A stretch of DNA of 64,000 bases from Alphaproteobacteria bacterium. GTDB lineage: Bacteria > Pseudomonadota > Alphaproteobacteria > SP197. The stretch spans positions 3,520,001 to 3,584,000 of the forward strand of contig OZ245842.1 in NCBI GenBank assembly GCA_965228895.1, written 5' to 3'. This document shows, piece after piece, positions 27,228 to 38,903 of this stretch. The notes under the pieces are model-generated. The model worked only from the letters and a program-made list of their open reading frames with translations. It was not told the origin of the DNA and made no database searches. The translations under genes were made by a program, and so were the position numbers. The stretch's first letter is position 1; every line of letters starts with the position of its first letter.

Positions 27228-28186
27228 GACAGCACCACGTCTTCGCGCGGGAAGTAGCAGCGTACGCGACCGCCACGGTGCTCAACCAGCGGCGGCGCGG
27301 CTTCGTTGCACGTGGCTTCGGCGAAACGGCAGCGTGGCGCGAACAGACAACCGGGCGGCCGGTCATGGGCGCCGGGCACCGTGCCCGGAATCGCCGGCAA
27401 GCGGCCTTTCTCCGGCGCGCGCTCGGGCAGTGCCTCCAACAGCGCGGCGGTATAGGGGTGACCGGGCCGGGCGAACAGTTGGTCGGCGCCACGTTCCTCC
27501 ATAATGTTGCCGGCATACATCACGGCAACGCGCTGCGCCGTCTCGGCGACGACCGCCATGTCGTGGGTGATCAGGATCAGCGTCATGCCGCGTTCGCGTT
27601 GCAGCTGCAGCAGCAGATCCAGGATCTGCGCCTGGATGGTGACATCCAGCGCCGTCGTTGGTTCGTCGGCGATCAAAAGACGCGGGTTGCACGAGATCGC
27701 CATGGCGATCATGACGCGCTGGTTCATGCCGCCGGAAAGCTGATGCGGGAATGCGGAGAGACGCTGGGCCGCATCGGGAATACCGACCAGATCCAGCAGC
27801 TCGATCGCGCGTTTGCGCCGGGCTCGCCGGTCAAGCCCCTCATGCACCCGCAACTGCTCCATGATCTGGAAGCCGACCGTGAAGCACGGGTTCAGGCTTG
27901 TCATCGGCTCCTGAAAGATCATCGCGATATCCTTGCCGACGATGCGCCGGCGTTCGCGATTGGAGATCCCCAAGAGGTCGCGGCCGTCGAACGCCAGCTT
28001 GTCGGCATGGACCAGGCCGGGAAACGCGATCAGACCCATCAGCGCCAGCGACGTTACCGATTTGCCGGAGCCGGACTCGCCGACCACGCCCAACACGTCG
28101 CCCTCTTCGATCGTGAGGCTCACACCGTCGACGGCGCGGAAGCCACCGAACTCCACGCTGAGGTTTTCGATTTCAACCAGCGGCAT
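27224..28186 (-). CDS. dppD: Dipeptide ABC transporter ATP-binding subunit
   Basis: [28 protein letters not shown]. Confidence 0.9.
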   Translation of the reverse strand: MPLVEIENLSVEFGGFRAVDGVSLTIEEGDVLGVVGESGSGKSVTSLALMGLIAFPGLVHADKLAFDGRDLLGISNRERRRIVGKDIAMIFQEPMTSLNPCFTVGFQIMEQLRVHEGLDRRARRKRAIELLDLVGIPDAAQRLSAFPHQLSGGMNQRVMIAMAISCNPRLLIADEPTTALDVTIQAQILDLLLQLQRERGMTLILITHDMAVVAETAQRVAVMYAGNIMEERGADQLFARPGHPYTAALLEALPERAPEKGRLPAIPGTVPGAHDRPPGCLFAPRCRFAEATCNEAAPPLVEHRGGRVRCYFPREDVVLS

Positions 28187-28190
28187 CGGT

Positions 28191-29108
<918 letters not shown>

Positions 29109-29133
29109 GACCACTCTCGCATGAACCGGGACC

Positions 29134-30153
29134 TCATTGCCGTTCCGCCACGTGGCGAATGCGCGGATTGACCACGCCGTAGAGAACATCGACCAGCAGG
29201 TTAACCGTCATGATGACGGTGGCGACCAGCAGCACGCCGCCCTGTACCGTCGGATAGTCGCGCCGCCTCACCGATTCGATCAGCCACTTGCCGATACCCG
29301 GCCACGAAAAGATCGTTTCGGTCAGGATGGCGCCGGCCAGCAGAATGCCGGTCGCCAAGCCGATCACCGTGATGACCGGGATCAGCGCGTTGCGCAGCGC
29401 ATGCACCGTCACCACGCGAAACGGTGACAAGCCTTTGGCGCGCGCCGTCCGGACATAGTCTTCGTTCAAGACCTCCAGCATGGACGAACGCGTCATGCGC
29501 GCGATGATGGCAAGCGGAATGGTGCCAAGCGCCACCGCCGGCAGGATGAGATGGCGCACCGCCGACCAGAAGGCGCCGTCCTCGTCGGACAGCAACGTAT
29601 CGATCAGCATGAAGCCGGTCTCGTGGTCGACCCAGAAGATCGCCGAAATGCGCCCGGAGACAGGCGTCCAGCCCAGGTTGACGGAAAAGAACAGAACGAG
29701 CAGCAGCGCCCACCAGAAGATCGGCATGGAGAAACCGGTGACGGCGACGCCCATCACCGCATAGTCGGCGGCGGTGCCGCGTCTGACCGCGGCAATCACT
29801 CCCAGTGGCAAACCGATCACGATCGCAAAGATCATGGCGCAGACTGCCAGCTCGACGGTCGCGGGGAAGCGGTCAAAAAACTCTCTGAGGACAGGTTCTT
29901 TGGTGACGACGGAGCTACCGAAATCGCCTTCCGCGATGCCGGCGAGATAAAGCCCGTATTGTTCCAGAAGCGGTTTGTCGAAACCGAACTTGGCTTTCAG
30001 CTCCGCGTGTCGTTCGGGGTTGATACCCCGTTCGCCGGCCATCATCTCGATCGGATCGCCCGGCACCAGCCGGATCAAGGCGAAGGTCAGAAGCGTCACC
30101 CCCAAGAATGTGGGGATCAGCAACCCGACGCGTCGCAGGATGAATCTCAGCAT
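29134..30153 (-). CDS. dppB: Dipeptide ABC transporter permease
   Basis: MLRFILRR, PGDP...GERG, RMTRSSMLEVL.EDYVRTARAKGL. Confidence 0.92.
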   Translation of the reverse strand: MLRFILRRVGLLIPTFLGVTLLTFALIRLVPGDPIEMMAGERGINPERHAELKAKFGFDKPLLEQYGLYLAGIAEGDFGSSVVTKEPVLREFFDRFPATVELAVCAMIFAIVIGLPLGVIAAVRRGTAADYAVMGVAVTGFSMPIFWWALLLVLFFSVNLGWTPVSGRISAIFWVDHETGFMLIDTLLSDEDGAFWSAVRHLILPAVALGTIPLAIIARMTRSSMLEVLNEDYVRTARAKGLSPFRVVTVHALRNALIPVITVIGLATGILLAGAILTETIFSWPGIGKWLIESVRRRDYPTVQGGVLLVATVIMTVNLLVDVLYGVVNPRIRHVAERQ

Positions 30154-30234
30154 GGTCTAGCTTAAGTGGCGACGGGCGGCGGATGCTTTTGACATCCGCC
30201 GCCCGCAGCCAGCAGCGCCCCCTAGTGGCCCTGC

Positions 30235-31836
30235 TTATTCGGCAAGATCGACGCCATAGAACGGATGGCCGCCGAACGGATCGATCTTGTAGTTCTGAAC
30301 GTTGTTGAGCATCGGCATGAAGACGACCGAATGAGCGATCGTTACCCATGGCGCTTCTTCCTTGAAGATCACCTGGGCTTCTTCGTAAAGCCGCGTGCGT
30401 TCATCAGGATCGCTGCTCTGCTTGGCCTGCTGCAGCAGATCGTCGAACGGCTCGTGGCACCAACGGGCTCGGTTCGCACCGTCCGCCGCCGCACAGCCCA
30501 ACAGCACATGCAGGAAGTTGTCGGGATCGCCGTTGTCGCCGGTCCAGCCCAGCAGCAGCATCTGGTGTTCACCGTTCTTCGAGCGGTCCAGATACTCGCC
30601 CCATTCGTAGGTGACGATCTGCGCGTTGATACCGATCTCGGCGAGGTCCGCCTGCATCATCTCGGCCATGCGCGCGGCGTTGGGGTTGTAAGGACGCTGC
30701 ACCGGCATGGCCCACAGATCGGTCGAGAAACCGTCGGGGTAACCGGCCTCGGCCAGCAACGCCTTGGCCTGCTCGGGATCGTACTCGTAGTCGGTGATGT
30801 TGTCGTTGTAGGACCAGATCGTCGGCGGGATCGGGTTCTTGGCCTTGACGCCGGCGCCCAGATAGACGGCTTCGATGATCGCGTCGCGGTCGATCGCCAT
30901 GTTGATGGCTTGACGCACGCGCGTATCGGTGAACGGATCTTTCTCCGTGTTCATGGCGAGATAGCCGACGTTCAGGCCTTCCTGCTGCATAACGTTGATG
31001 TTCGGGTCGGCCATCATGGCTTCCAGATCCGCCGGGTTCGGGTACGGCATGATGTGACATTCACCGGCCTGCAGCTTGTTGTAGCGCTGGGTCGGGTCGA
31101 TCGTGATCAAGAACACCAAGCGGTCGATCGGCGCGCGACCGCGCCAGTAGTCGTCGAAGGCGCGATAGTCGATGCGCTCATCCTTGACATAGCGCACCAT
31201 CTGGAAAGGGCCCGTGCCAATCGGCTCCAGGTCGAACTTGTCCGGCGTGCCGGCCGCCATCATGGCATCGGCATACTCGGCCGACATGATGGTGGCGAAG
31301 TCCATGCCCAGGTTGGCGATCATCGGCGCTTCAGGCTGGTTCAAGGTCATGACCACCGTCATGTCATCGGTCTTCTCGACCGATGCCAAAAGGTTCGGCA
31401 TGTCCATACCTTGAAAGTACTCGTAACTGCCGCCCGACACGTTGTGATAGGGGTGATCGGGATCAAGCTGACGGTTGAAGCTGAAAACGACGTCATCGGC
31501 ATTGAAGTCGCGGGTCGGCGTGAAGTTGTCGCTGGACTGCCACTTCACACCAGGGCGAAGGTAGAAGGTGTAGACGAGACCGTCGTCGGAGACTTCCCAG
31601 CTTTCCGCCAGAGCAGGCTCGATGTTGGTCGAACCACGTTCGAATTCGACAAGCCTGTTGAAGACGTTGCGCGATGAAGCATCAAAGGTCGTTCCTGCGG
31701 TGTAGAGTGACGGATTGAAGCCCTCCGGGCTCGCTTCCGAACAGTAGACCAGCGTCTTTTCTGCCTGGGCTTCGCCCGCGGCAACACCAAAGGTCGCCAG
31801 CGCTGCCACCAGCGCCGTCAGCATTTTGTTTTTCAT
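30235..31836 (-). CDS. dppA: Dipeptide ABC transporter periplasmic binding protein
   Basis: Signal peptide, KTLVYCSE.SPEGFNP, WAMPVQRPYNPNA, GWTGDNGDPDNF. Confidence 0.95.
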   Translation of the reverse strand: MKNKMLTALVAALATFGVAAGEAQAEKTLVYCSEASPEGFNPSLYTAGTTFDASSRNVFNRLVEFERGSTNIEPALAESWEVSDDGLVYTFYLRPGVKWQSSDNFTPTRDFNADDVVFSFNRQLDPDHPYHNVSGGSYEYFQGMDMPNLLASVEKTDDMTVVMTLNQPEAPMIANLGMDFATIMSAEYADAMMAAGTPDKFDLEPIGTGPFQMVRYVKDERIDYRAFDDYWRGRAPIDRLVFLITIDPTQRYNKLQAGECHIMPYPNPADLEAMMADPNINVMQQEGLNVGYLAMNTEKDPFTDTRVRQAINMAIDRDAIIEAVYLGAGVKAKNPIPPTIWSYNDNITDYEYDPEQAKALLAEAGYPDGFSTDLWAMPVQRPYNPNAARMAEMMQADLAEIGINAQIVTYEWGEYLDRSKNGEHQMLLLGWTGDNGDPDNFLHVLLGCAAADGANRARWCHEPFDDLLQQAKQSSDPDERTRLYEEAQVIFKEEAPWVTIAHSVVFMPMLNNVQNYKIDPFGGHPFYGVDLAE

Positions 31837-32066
31837 GTTCCCTCCGAAAGACGAATGACGGGGGCGAGCACATCGCGCGTCATTCAACCACCCTTGTTTG
31901 CCCCTAAAGAGTGATTAAACCCTCTCGGAATCGTGGTCAACGCATGTGTGGTTCGCGTACACTGACCGTCACGTAGATATGAAACGCGAAGTCCACACGC
32001 GACATGCCCGTGTCGCATCCGTTAGATTACGACCCTACAACCATTCATGTTGCAACGCGTCTTGCG

Positions 32067-32378
32067 ATGAAACTTCCTGATGTCATCAACAAACGTCATC
32101 TCAAGGGCGGTAAGATGCCCGAAGGCGCGCGCTATATCGGCCGCCCTTCGCGCTGGGGTAACCCCTATAAGCTCGGACGCGACGGCAACCGCGATGAAGT
32201 GATGGATAAGTACGCCGAATGGTTGGCCGAACGTTTGCGTGATGAAACCTTCCGCAAGGAACTCGTGAAACTCTCCAAAGCGACGGCTTTGGTATGCTGG
32301 TGCAAACCGGAGCGATGTCACGGCGACCAACTGGTCGAAGCGATGCGCGACTTGCTCGAAAACCAGGCGAAATCGTAA
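32067..32378 (+). CDS. DUF4326 domain protein
   Basis: YIGRPSRWGNPY...LVCWCKPERCHGD signature. Confidence 0.85.
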   Translation: MKLPDVINKRHLKGGKMPEGARYIGRPSRWGNPYKLGRDGNRDEVMDKYAEWLAERLRDETFRKELVKLSKATALVCWCKPERCHGDQLVEAMRDLLENQAKS

Positions 32379-32419
32379 ACATCGGGCGAATGCCGCCATA
32401 GAACGTTGGAGACATCACC

Positions 32420-33073
32420 ATGCTGAAGGTCTGGGGACGCGCGACATCGTCCAATGTGCAGAAGGTCATGTGGGCGATCGGCGAGCTTGGCCTTGACCAC
32501 GAGCGGATCGATCTGGGCGGACCCCATGGCGGTCTCGACACCGACGCCTACGGCAAACTCAATCCCAACCGCCGCGTGCCAACCCTGGAAGATCGCGGCC
32601 GCGTGATATGGGAATCGAACGCCATCGTGCGCTACATCGCCGCTCAGTATGGCGCCGGCAGTCTGTGGCCTGAGGATCCGGGCGAACGTGCGCTGGCCGA
32701 CATGTGGATGGACTGGGCGGCGACGACGATCCGCGACGACTACGTCACCGTTTTCTTTGGCCTGGTGCGTATCCCGCCGGAACATCGCGACATGGATGCC
32801 ATCAACAAGGCCATCGTGCGCCTGAACGGAATCTACGCCAAGCTGGATGCACACCTGGCCGGCCGCGACTTCATCGCCGGCGACCGCCTGACCATGGGCG
32901 ACATTCCCGCCGGCATGACGCTGTTCCGCTATTTCGACATGCCGCTCGACCGCCCGTCCCTGCCCAATCTGGAGGCGTGGTACGCCCGGCTTCAGGAACG
33001 GCCAGCCTATCGAGAGCATGTCATGGTGAGTTACGAAAGCCTGCGCAACGACACGATTCCGCAAAAGGACTAG
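32420..33073 (+). CDS. Glutathione S-transferase (GstB-like)
   Basis: WGRATSSNVQKV.W, LNPNRRVPTL, WESNAIVRY. Confidence 0.92.
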   Translation: MLKVWGRATSSNVQKVMWAIGELGLDHERIDLGGPHGGLDTDAYGKLNPNRRVPTLEDRGRVIWESNAIVRYIAAQYGAGSLWPEDPGERALADMWMDWAATTIRDDYVTVFFGLVRIPPEHRDMDAINKAIVRLNGIYAKLDAHLAGRDFIAGDRLTMGDIPAGMTLFRYFDMPLDRPSLPNLEAWYARLQERPAYREHVMVSYESLRNDTIPQKD

Positions 33074-33386
33074 GACAACTGTGGCGTGGCGTGGCGCGCC
33101 GCGATCCCGCCGGCGCTGCTCGAGACACGGGCACGCGTCATACGTGACGGCACCGATGCTTCGCTATGGAACGACCTTGCCTCAGAGATCACGGTCCTCG
33201 CCCGGTTGGCCTGAACCAAGATCGATCGTGGTCACGCTCAGGTCATAGGCTTCCGGCACAATCGTCTGTCGGTACTTGTTGGTCGGGCCTTCGTTGGGAA
33301 TAGCCGGCCGCATAGCCAACGCCTTCGTGTTGCGGGCACGACGGTGACCGGCCAGGATGGCGAGGAGACTTCAGGGGTTCCAGATC

Positions 33387-34424
33387 ATGCCGCTTTTGAC
33401 AACGACCATCGGCGCCTTTCCCAAACCCGACTACGTGCCGCGTCGCGCCTGGTTTCATGACGTTGCGGCGGTCGGTGAAGCAGATAGCGAAGGGCTCAGC
33501 GACGACGACATCCGCGCCATCCATGACCGCGCCACCGCTGACGTGGTGACCGCGCAGGCGGATGCCGGCATCGACATTCCGACCGATGGCGAGGTGCGCC
33601 GGGAAAACTACATCCACTACCATTGCCGGCACATGACGGGGTTCGAGCCTGAGACGCTGACCGAGCGCGCCATGCGCAATGGCGCCTGGGTTGACGCGGT
33701 GCCGACCTTCACAGGCCCCGTCAAAGCGACCGAGCCGTTCTTGCCGCGCGACTACCGCATCGCCCAGGCGGCGACCGACCGGCCGGTCAAGATCACCGTG
33801 CCCGGCCCCCTGACCATTTCCGATTCAACAGCCGACCTGCACTATGACGATGTCCGGGCCTGGTGCCACGATCTTGCCGATGCCCTGAACGCCGAGATCC
33901 TGGCGCTCGCCGACGCCGGTTGCCGCCATATCCAGGTCGACGAACCACTGTTCGCACGCCTGCCCGACCAGGCCCTGGATTATGGCGTCGAGAACCTGGA
34001 ACGCTGCTTCCACGGCGTGCCCAAGGGTGTGACACGCACCATGCACATGTGCTGCGGCTACCCCGACAAGCTGGACGAGACCGACTATGTAAAAGCCGAC
34101 CCTGAGATCTATCAGAGGTTGGCCGGCGCACTTGACGCCGCCGCCATCGACGCCGTGTCACTGGAGGACGCCCACCGGCATAACGACCTGTCGTTATTGG
34201 AAAAATTCGGTTCGACCAAGGTTATCTTCGGCGCCGTCGAGATCGCCTCGAGCCAGGTCGAACCCATCGAGCAGATCCGCGCCAGGCTGGAAAACGCGCT
34301 GCAGCATATTGATGCCGACCGGCTGCTTGCCGCGCCCGATTGCGGCTTGATCATGCTGGGTCACGACCTCGCCGTCGCGAAACTCAAGAACCTCACCGAA
34401 GCCGCCCACAACATCCCAACCTAG
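33387..34424 (+). CDS. Cobalamin-independent methionine synthase II family protein (short MetE-like)
   Basis: TTTIGAFPKP, TDGEVRRE, IQVDEP, HMCCGY and PDCGL zinc ligands. Confidence 0.9.
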   Translation: MPLLTTTIGAFPKPDYVPRRAWFHDVAAVGEADSEGLSDDDIRAIHDRATADVVTAQADAGIDIPTDGEVRRENYIHYHCRHMTGFEPETLTERAMRNGAWVDAVPTFTGPVKATEPFLPRDYRIAQAATDRPVKITVPGPLTISDSTADLHYDDVRAWCHDLADALNAEILALADAGCRHIQVDEPLFARLPDQALDYGVENLERCFHGVPKGVTRTMHMCCGYPDKLDETDYVKADPEIYQRLAGALDAAAIDAVSLEDAHRHNDLSLLEKFGSTKVIFGAVEIASSQVEPIEQIRARLENALQHIDADRLLAAPDCGLIMLGHDLAVAKLKNLTEAAHNIPT

Positions 34425-34577
34425 GCGATCCGGCCTGTGATGGCCGACACATTGCATTGACGCATGGCAGACCCACATATTCGGCAGTTCTCCAGCGGTG
34501 TCGGCCGCCCACATCATGGAGCCCTGGACGTTTGTTTGACGTCACGGTGACGGCTAGTCCAGCGAAAGGAGTTCGCC

Positions 34578-34730
34578 ATGAGCAAGTTCTTCAAGAAGCA
34601 TGATGCGAGCCACGCTCGCAACACGGATAAATATGACCAGCGCGACCACAACGGGTCGAACGGCGCGACCGTGACCGGCGCCCTGATCGAGACCGTGTGG
34701 AACCCGTTCTTCGTGCTTAGCCGCCGCTAA
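34578..34730 (+). CDS. Small hypothetical protein (50 aa)
   Basis: AAAGGAG SD then MSKFFKKHDASHARNTDKYDQRDHNGSNGATVTGALIETVWNPFFVLSRR*; fills an otherwise empty gap. Confidence 0.55.
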   Translation: MSKFFKKHDASHARNTDKYDQRDHNGSNGATVTGALIETVWNPFFVLSRR

Positions 34731-34878
34731 GGCACATACCGACCGCCACATCCGCATCCCAGCCAAGTGCAGCGCGGACCGGGATCCATGAACACGGAAT
34801 CCGACGCGTTCGAGACGACCGTGCGAATGCGCTGCTGTCCGCGTTCATAGGCCCCGGATTAAGTTCGGGGTGCGAGGT

Positions 34879-35622
34879 CTAGGTGATCTCGGCCACCGGC
34901 AGGATGACCTCTGGCGCATCCGTAAAGACGGCATCGATGCCGCGCGCGAAGAGTGACCGGGCGGTCGCCGCATCGTTCACCGTGTAACAGACGACCTGAC
35001 GCCCGGCCGTCTTGACCGCGCGGATTTGCCGATCGGTCACATGTCGCGCCGAAAAGTGGACGGAGGTGCAGCCGAGCAGGCTGGCGCCCAGCGACCATTG
35101 CCAGCGCGACCGGCGCCACACGTTAAGCGCGGTCGGCAGATCCGGACGCGCCTGACGGAAGCCTAGAAGACATCGCAAAACAAAGCTTGAGACCAGCGGC
35201 CGCGGCCGACCGGGCGGCCAGGCCTCGTCCAGCGTCGCGCCGACGACACGGCCTGTGTGCCAGGCTTCGCCCGGGTTGGCCTTGACCTCGATATTGGGCC
35301 GCATGCCGAGGTCGTGAATGACGTCCAGCGCTTCGGCCAAGGTCAGGATCGTCTCGCCGGCAAAGCGCGCGTCGAACCATGACCCGGCGTCCAGCCGTTT
35401 CAGTTCGTTCACAGTCTGGGTGACGACCGGACCGGTGCCATCGCTGGTGCGCTCCAACGTATCGTCGTGCACCAGAACCGGCACACCGTCTTTCGACAGG
35501 CGCACATCGAACTCAACCCATTCCAGGCCGAAGGCGGCCGCCGCCTTGAAGCCGGCGAGCGTATTCTCCGGCGCATGCGCCGCCACCCCGCGATGGCCGA
35601 TAACGCGCGGCAGTTCGATCAA
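34879..35622 (-). CDS. ugpQ: Glycerophosphodiester phosphodiesterase
   Basis: IGHRG..A.APENTL, VEFDV.LSKDG.PVLVHD.TLERT, NIEVK. Confidence 0.88.
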   Translation of the reverse strand: MIELPRVIGHRGVAAHAPENTLAGFKAAAAFGLEWVEFDVRLSKDGVPVLVHDDTLERTSDGTGPVVTQTVNELKRLDAGSWFDARFAGETILTLAEALDVIHDLGMRPNIEVKANPGEAWHTGRVVGATLDEAWPPGRPRPLVSSFVLRCLLGFRQARPDLPTALNVWRRSRWQWSLGASLLGCTSVHFSARHVTDRQIRAVKTAGRQVVCYTVNDAATARSLFARGIDAVFTDAPEVILPVAEIT

Positions 35623-35630
35623 GCAGAGCC

Positions 35631-36794
35631 TCAGGCGATCAGGGCGTCCTGGCCGCGCTTGGCCAGGCTGTGGGCAATAATCATGCGTTGGATCTCCGAG
35701 GTGCCTTCCCAGATGCGGTCGACGCGCAGTTCCCTATAATAGCGTTCGGCGACATTTTCACGCATGTAACCGCGCCCGCCGAAAATCTGCACGGCGCGGT
35801 CGGCGACCCGGTTCGCCATCTCCGAGCAATAGAGCTTCGCCATCGAGCACATGGCGTGCTGCACTTTGACGTCTTCCTTGTCATCGATGGCTTGCGCCAG
35901 GCGATAGACCATCAGGCGCCCTGCCCACAGCTCCGTTACACAATCGGCGAGCGGGAACTGGACAGCTTGGTTTTCGAAGATCGGCTTGCCGAACTGGACG
36001 CGCTCTTGGGCAAACGCCGTGGCCTCGTCGATCAAGCGGCTCGCCGCGCCGCAGCAGCGCGCCGCGATGCCCAGACGCTCCTGGCGGAACCACTCGTACG
36101 TCCAGGTGATGCCGTTGCCCTCCGGGTCGATCAGGTTGTCGGCAGGCACCTTCACGTCCGAGAACTGCATGATCAGATGGTGCGAGGGATAGGTGTGGGT
36201 ATAGGCGGGTGTGCGCACCGTCTCGACGCCGGGCGTATCCTTGTCGAGATAGAAGAGCGCGTGCTGACCGTCCTCAAGCTTCGCCTGGAAGATAATGATG
36301 TCGGATCGGTTGGCGCCGGTGACGTGCCACTTCAAACCATTCAGCACATAGCCGTTGCCGTCCTTCCTGGCGGTTGCCTCGATCGCGTCGACATCGGACC
36401 CCGCGCCTTCCTCCGTGATCGCGTAGCACTCGTTCTTCGCGCCGGTGAGAAGGTCCTTCACGTAGTGCTCCATCTGATACTCGGTCGCGGTGTGCAGGAG
36501 AAACGGCGACATGTCGTGATAGCACCAGCCGAGCCCGTTGGTGGTGCGGCCGATCTCTTCTTGGATGACGGCGATCTCGATCATCGAGAGTTCGGCGCCG
36601 CCATGCTCTCTGGGGATCGACGGCATGAAGAGACCCATCGCTTTGGTCATTTCCTTATGCTTGGCGCGCACGTCCTCGGGGATCGCGCCGTCGTTCATCT
36701 CGGCATGGACTTCCCAGGGAATGAGCTCGCTGTCGACAAAGGGCCGCAGTTTCTTTTGCCACGCGCGGGCGGACTCGGGCAGCGGATAGGACAT
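35631..36794 (-). CDS. Acyl-CoA dehydrogenase
   Basis: AITEEGAGSD, LNGLKW, RVQFGKPI, VQIFGGRGY, IWEGTSEIQR. Confidence 0.95.
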   Translation of the reverse strand: MSYPLPESARAWQKKLRPFVDSELIPWEVHAEMNDGAIPEDVRAKHKEMTKAMGLFMPSIPREHGGAELSMIEIAVIQEEIGRTTNGLGWCYHDMSPFLLHTATEYQMEHYVKDLLTGAKNECYAITEEGAGSDVDAIEATARKDGNGYVLNGLKWHVTGANRSDIIIFQAKLEDGQHALFYLDKDTPGVETVRTPAYTHTYPSHHLIMQFSDVKVPADNLIDPEGNGITWTYEWFRQERLGIAARCCGAASRLIDEATAFAQERVQFGKPIFENQAVQFPLADCVTELWAGRLMVYRLAQAIDDKEDVKVQHAMCSMAKLYCSEMANRVADRAVQIFGGRGYMRENVAERYYRELRVDRIWEGTSEIQRMIIAHSLAKRGQDALIA

Positions 36795-36841
36795 GGTTCG
36801 CGCTCCTTGAGAGACGTTCGGTCAGTTCTCGTGTTTCGCGG

Positions 36842-38713
36842 CTACTCTGCGGCGTTCGCGAAGCCCTTCGCAAGCCGCGCGTTAACCTCGGCGACCGTTT
36901 CGTCGGCCGGCGGTGTCTCGAGCGACGCAACAGGCAGGCGCGCGCGAACCTGGTTGTGGAAGGCGGCCAGGCACACCTCCTTCTCGGAAAAGTAGCCGGT
37001 CGTGTAGGCGCCGGTGCCAAGGCCCTCCTGCACGCGCAGGACAAGCTGATCGTCCTCGTTCTGGACCTGACTGTTGATGCGGCTGTTGAGCCAGCGGCAC
37101 GCCTTGACCTCGCGCCGGTCATCGGCCAGCGCATAGTTGCGCGACCGCAGTACGCTTCTGCCCGGGCCTAGGGGCACGACCTGGAAGAAACTCACCTGGT
37201 CGGGGTAGATATCAAACGCCTGGTTGGGAAACAGGCTGTAATAGCTCCACGACCTCTGACGATCGGCTGGCAGGTGATCGAAGCGCGGCAGGTTACGCAT
37301 ATAGAGACCTTCCGCCCACTGGCGCGACGCCTCGTCGACCATGACCGAATGGGCCCGGGATGTCGCGTGTTCGTCGGTCGCAACCCAATAGTTCGAACCG
37401 AACATGCGGTAGAGACCGGGATGGCCGACATTGATGTGATAACCCTCCAGGTAGTTATCCATCATGTTCTTCCAGTCGACGTCGATCGGCGCGCCCTGCC
37501 AGCACGGATCGACCGGATGCATCTCAGCCAACCGATAGGGCGCCAGCTCGTCTTCGTAAGCGGCCAGCAGTTCGCCGACACGCGGGCCGCCGTCATCGCG
37601 CGCGCGCACAAAGACGAAGCCGTTCCACAAATCCATCTCGACCGGTTTCAAACCGAACTTCGTGATGTCGAGATCGGGAAACGTGTCTTTTGCCGGCATC
37701 GCCTTGAGGCTGCCGTCATAGGCATAGGACCAGCCGTGATAGGGGCAGACGATGTTGAAGCGGTTGTTGCCCTGGCGGCCCGGACACAGGCGCGCTGCGC
37801 GATGGCGGCATACGTTGTGGAAGGCGTTGAGGTCGCCCTGTTTGTCGCGGATCACGACGATGCGGCGGTTGGCGTAGTCGAGGGTCAGGTAGTCGCCGGC
37901 CTTTTCGAACTCTCTTCGATGGCCGACGATCTGCCAGGTCGTGTCCAGCAGATGGTCCATCTCCAGATCGAAGAAGCCTTCGTTCTTGTAGGTCCAGGCC
38001 GGCAGCGTCTTCGTCGCGCCTGCCGGTGACTTGGCAGGTGTGGCCGGGCGCACCGCCGCAAGCTCGGTGACCGAACCCGTCACGTCATCATTGAAGTCAT
38101 CGGGGAAGAATGCGGCGAGCACGTCGATGATCGCCCGGCGTACGTCGGTACGATCGTAGCTCTCGCCATAAAACAGAATGTCATACTGAAAGCCCTGCTG
38201 CATGGCGCTGACCGTGCGCGCGATGCGCGTGGCGTCCAGATGATCCAATCCGCGTGCGTCGATCAGCGCGGCAATCTGAGACGTCAGCTCGTCGTGGAAA
38301 CGTTTGTCCATGGCGCCGCACAGTTCACGATAGGTCTCGCGACCTTTGGCTTCGGCCAGGAAGGCGACCCAGGCCGCGGTGCGGTCGAGCGTCCAGTTGC
38401 GCGGATCGAGATCGGCGTCGACCAGCGCCAGAACGCGCGCGGCGGGGTCGTCGCCGGCGGCGGCCAGACGCGTCTGCCAGATCGCGACATAACCGTCAGC
38501 CAGGTAGCGCATGGTCTCCAGGAACAGCGCGTCCTTGCTGTCGAAGTAGAAGCCGACAATGCCGCGCGACAGGCCGGATTCGCGCGACACGTCGCTCAGC
38601 GTGGTGCGGGCGTAGCCCTGTTTGCTGATGGCGCGAATGGTGGCGTCGATAAGCTGCTGGCGCCGTTCGTCCTTGCGGTCGCGGGTGGTGTCGTCCATGG
38701 CCGATCTTCTCAT
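36842..38713 (-). CDS. Fusion of a TetR (BetI-like) regulator and a Rieske oxygenase alpha subunit
   Basis: N-terminal RRQQLIDATI.AI...G...TTLSDV...SGLSRGIVGFYFDSKDAL; C-terminal CRHRA...CPYHGW and DNYLEGYHI.VGH in one uninterrupted 623-codon frame. Start may be 38698. Confidence 0.88.
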   Translation of the reverse strand: MRRSAMDDTTRDRKDERRQQLIDATIRAISKQGYARTTLSDVSRESGLSRGIVGFYFDSKDALFLETMRYLADGYVAIWQTRLAAAGDDPAARVLALVDADLDPRNWTLDRTAAWVAFLAEAKGRETYRELCGAMDKRFHDELTSQIAALIDARGLDHLDATRIARTVSAMQQGFQYDILFYGESYDRTDVRRAIIDVLAAFFPDDFNDDVTGSVTELAAVRPATPAKSPAGATKTLPAWTYKNEGFFDLEMDHLLDTTWQIVGHRREFEKAGDYLTLDYANRRIVVIRDKQGDLNAFHNVCRHRAARLCPGRQGNNRFNIVCPYHGWSYAYDGSLKAMPAKDTFPDLDITKFGLKPVEMDLWNGFVFVRARDDGGPRVGELLAAYEDELAPYRLAEMHPVDPCWQGAPIDVDWKNMMDNYLEGYHINVGHPGLYRMFGSNYWVATDEHATSRAHSVMVDEASRQWAEGLYMRNLPRFDHLPADRQRSWSYYSLFPNQAFDIYPDQVSFFQVVPLGPGRSVLRSRNYALADDRREVKACRWLNSRINSQVQNEDDQLVLRVQEGLGTGAYTTGYFSEKEVCLAAFHNQVRARLPVASLETPPADETVAEVNARLAKGFANAAE

Positions 38714-38903
38714 GAATGGGAGTTTCTAAGGTGGTTGGAGGCTACCACAGGAGTTGGCTGAACGTCCAGCCAAAACTTGTCTGAAGGTTCAAAAGCGGCA
38801 CTTGTGAAGCGAGACGGTAAGTCTCTTTACATGTCACTCACGGGGTTCAGACTGCGGGTTACGGTTGTCGCCGCCGCCGGTGACGGCCGCCTAAAAAGCA
38901 AAC

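Noticed and set aside
33240-33386. SAM or cobalamin riboswitch upstream of the MetE-like gene
   Set aside because: No recognisable consensus elements found by eye.
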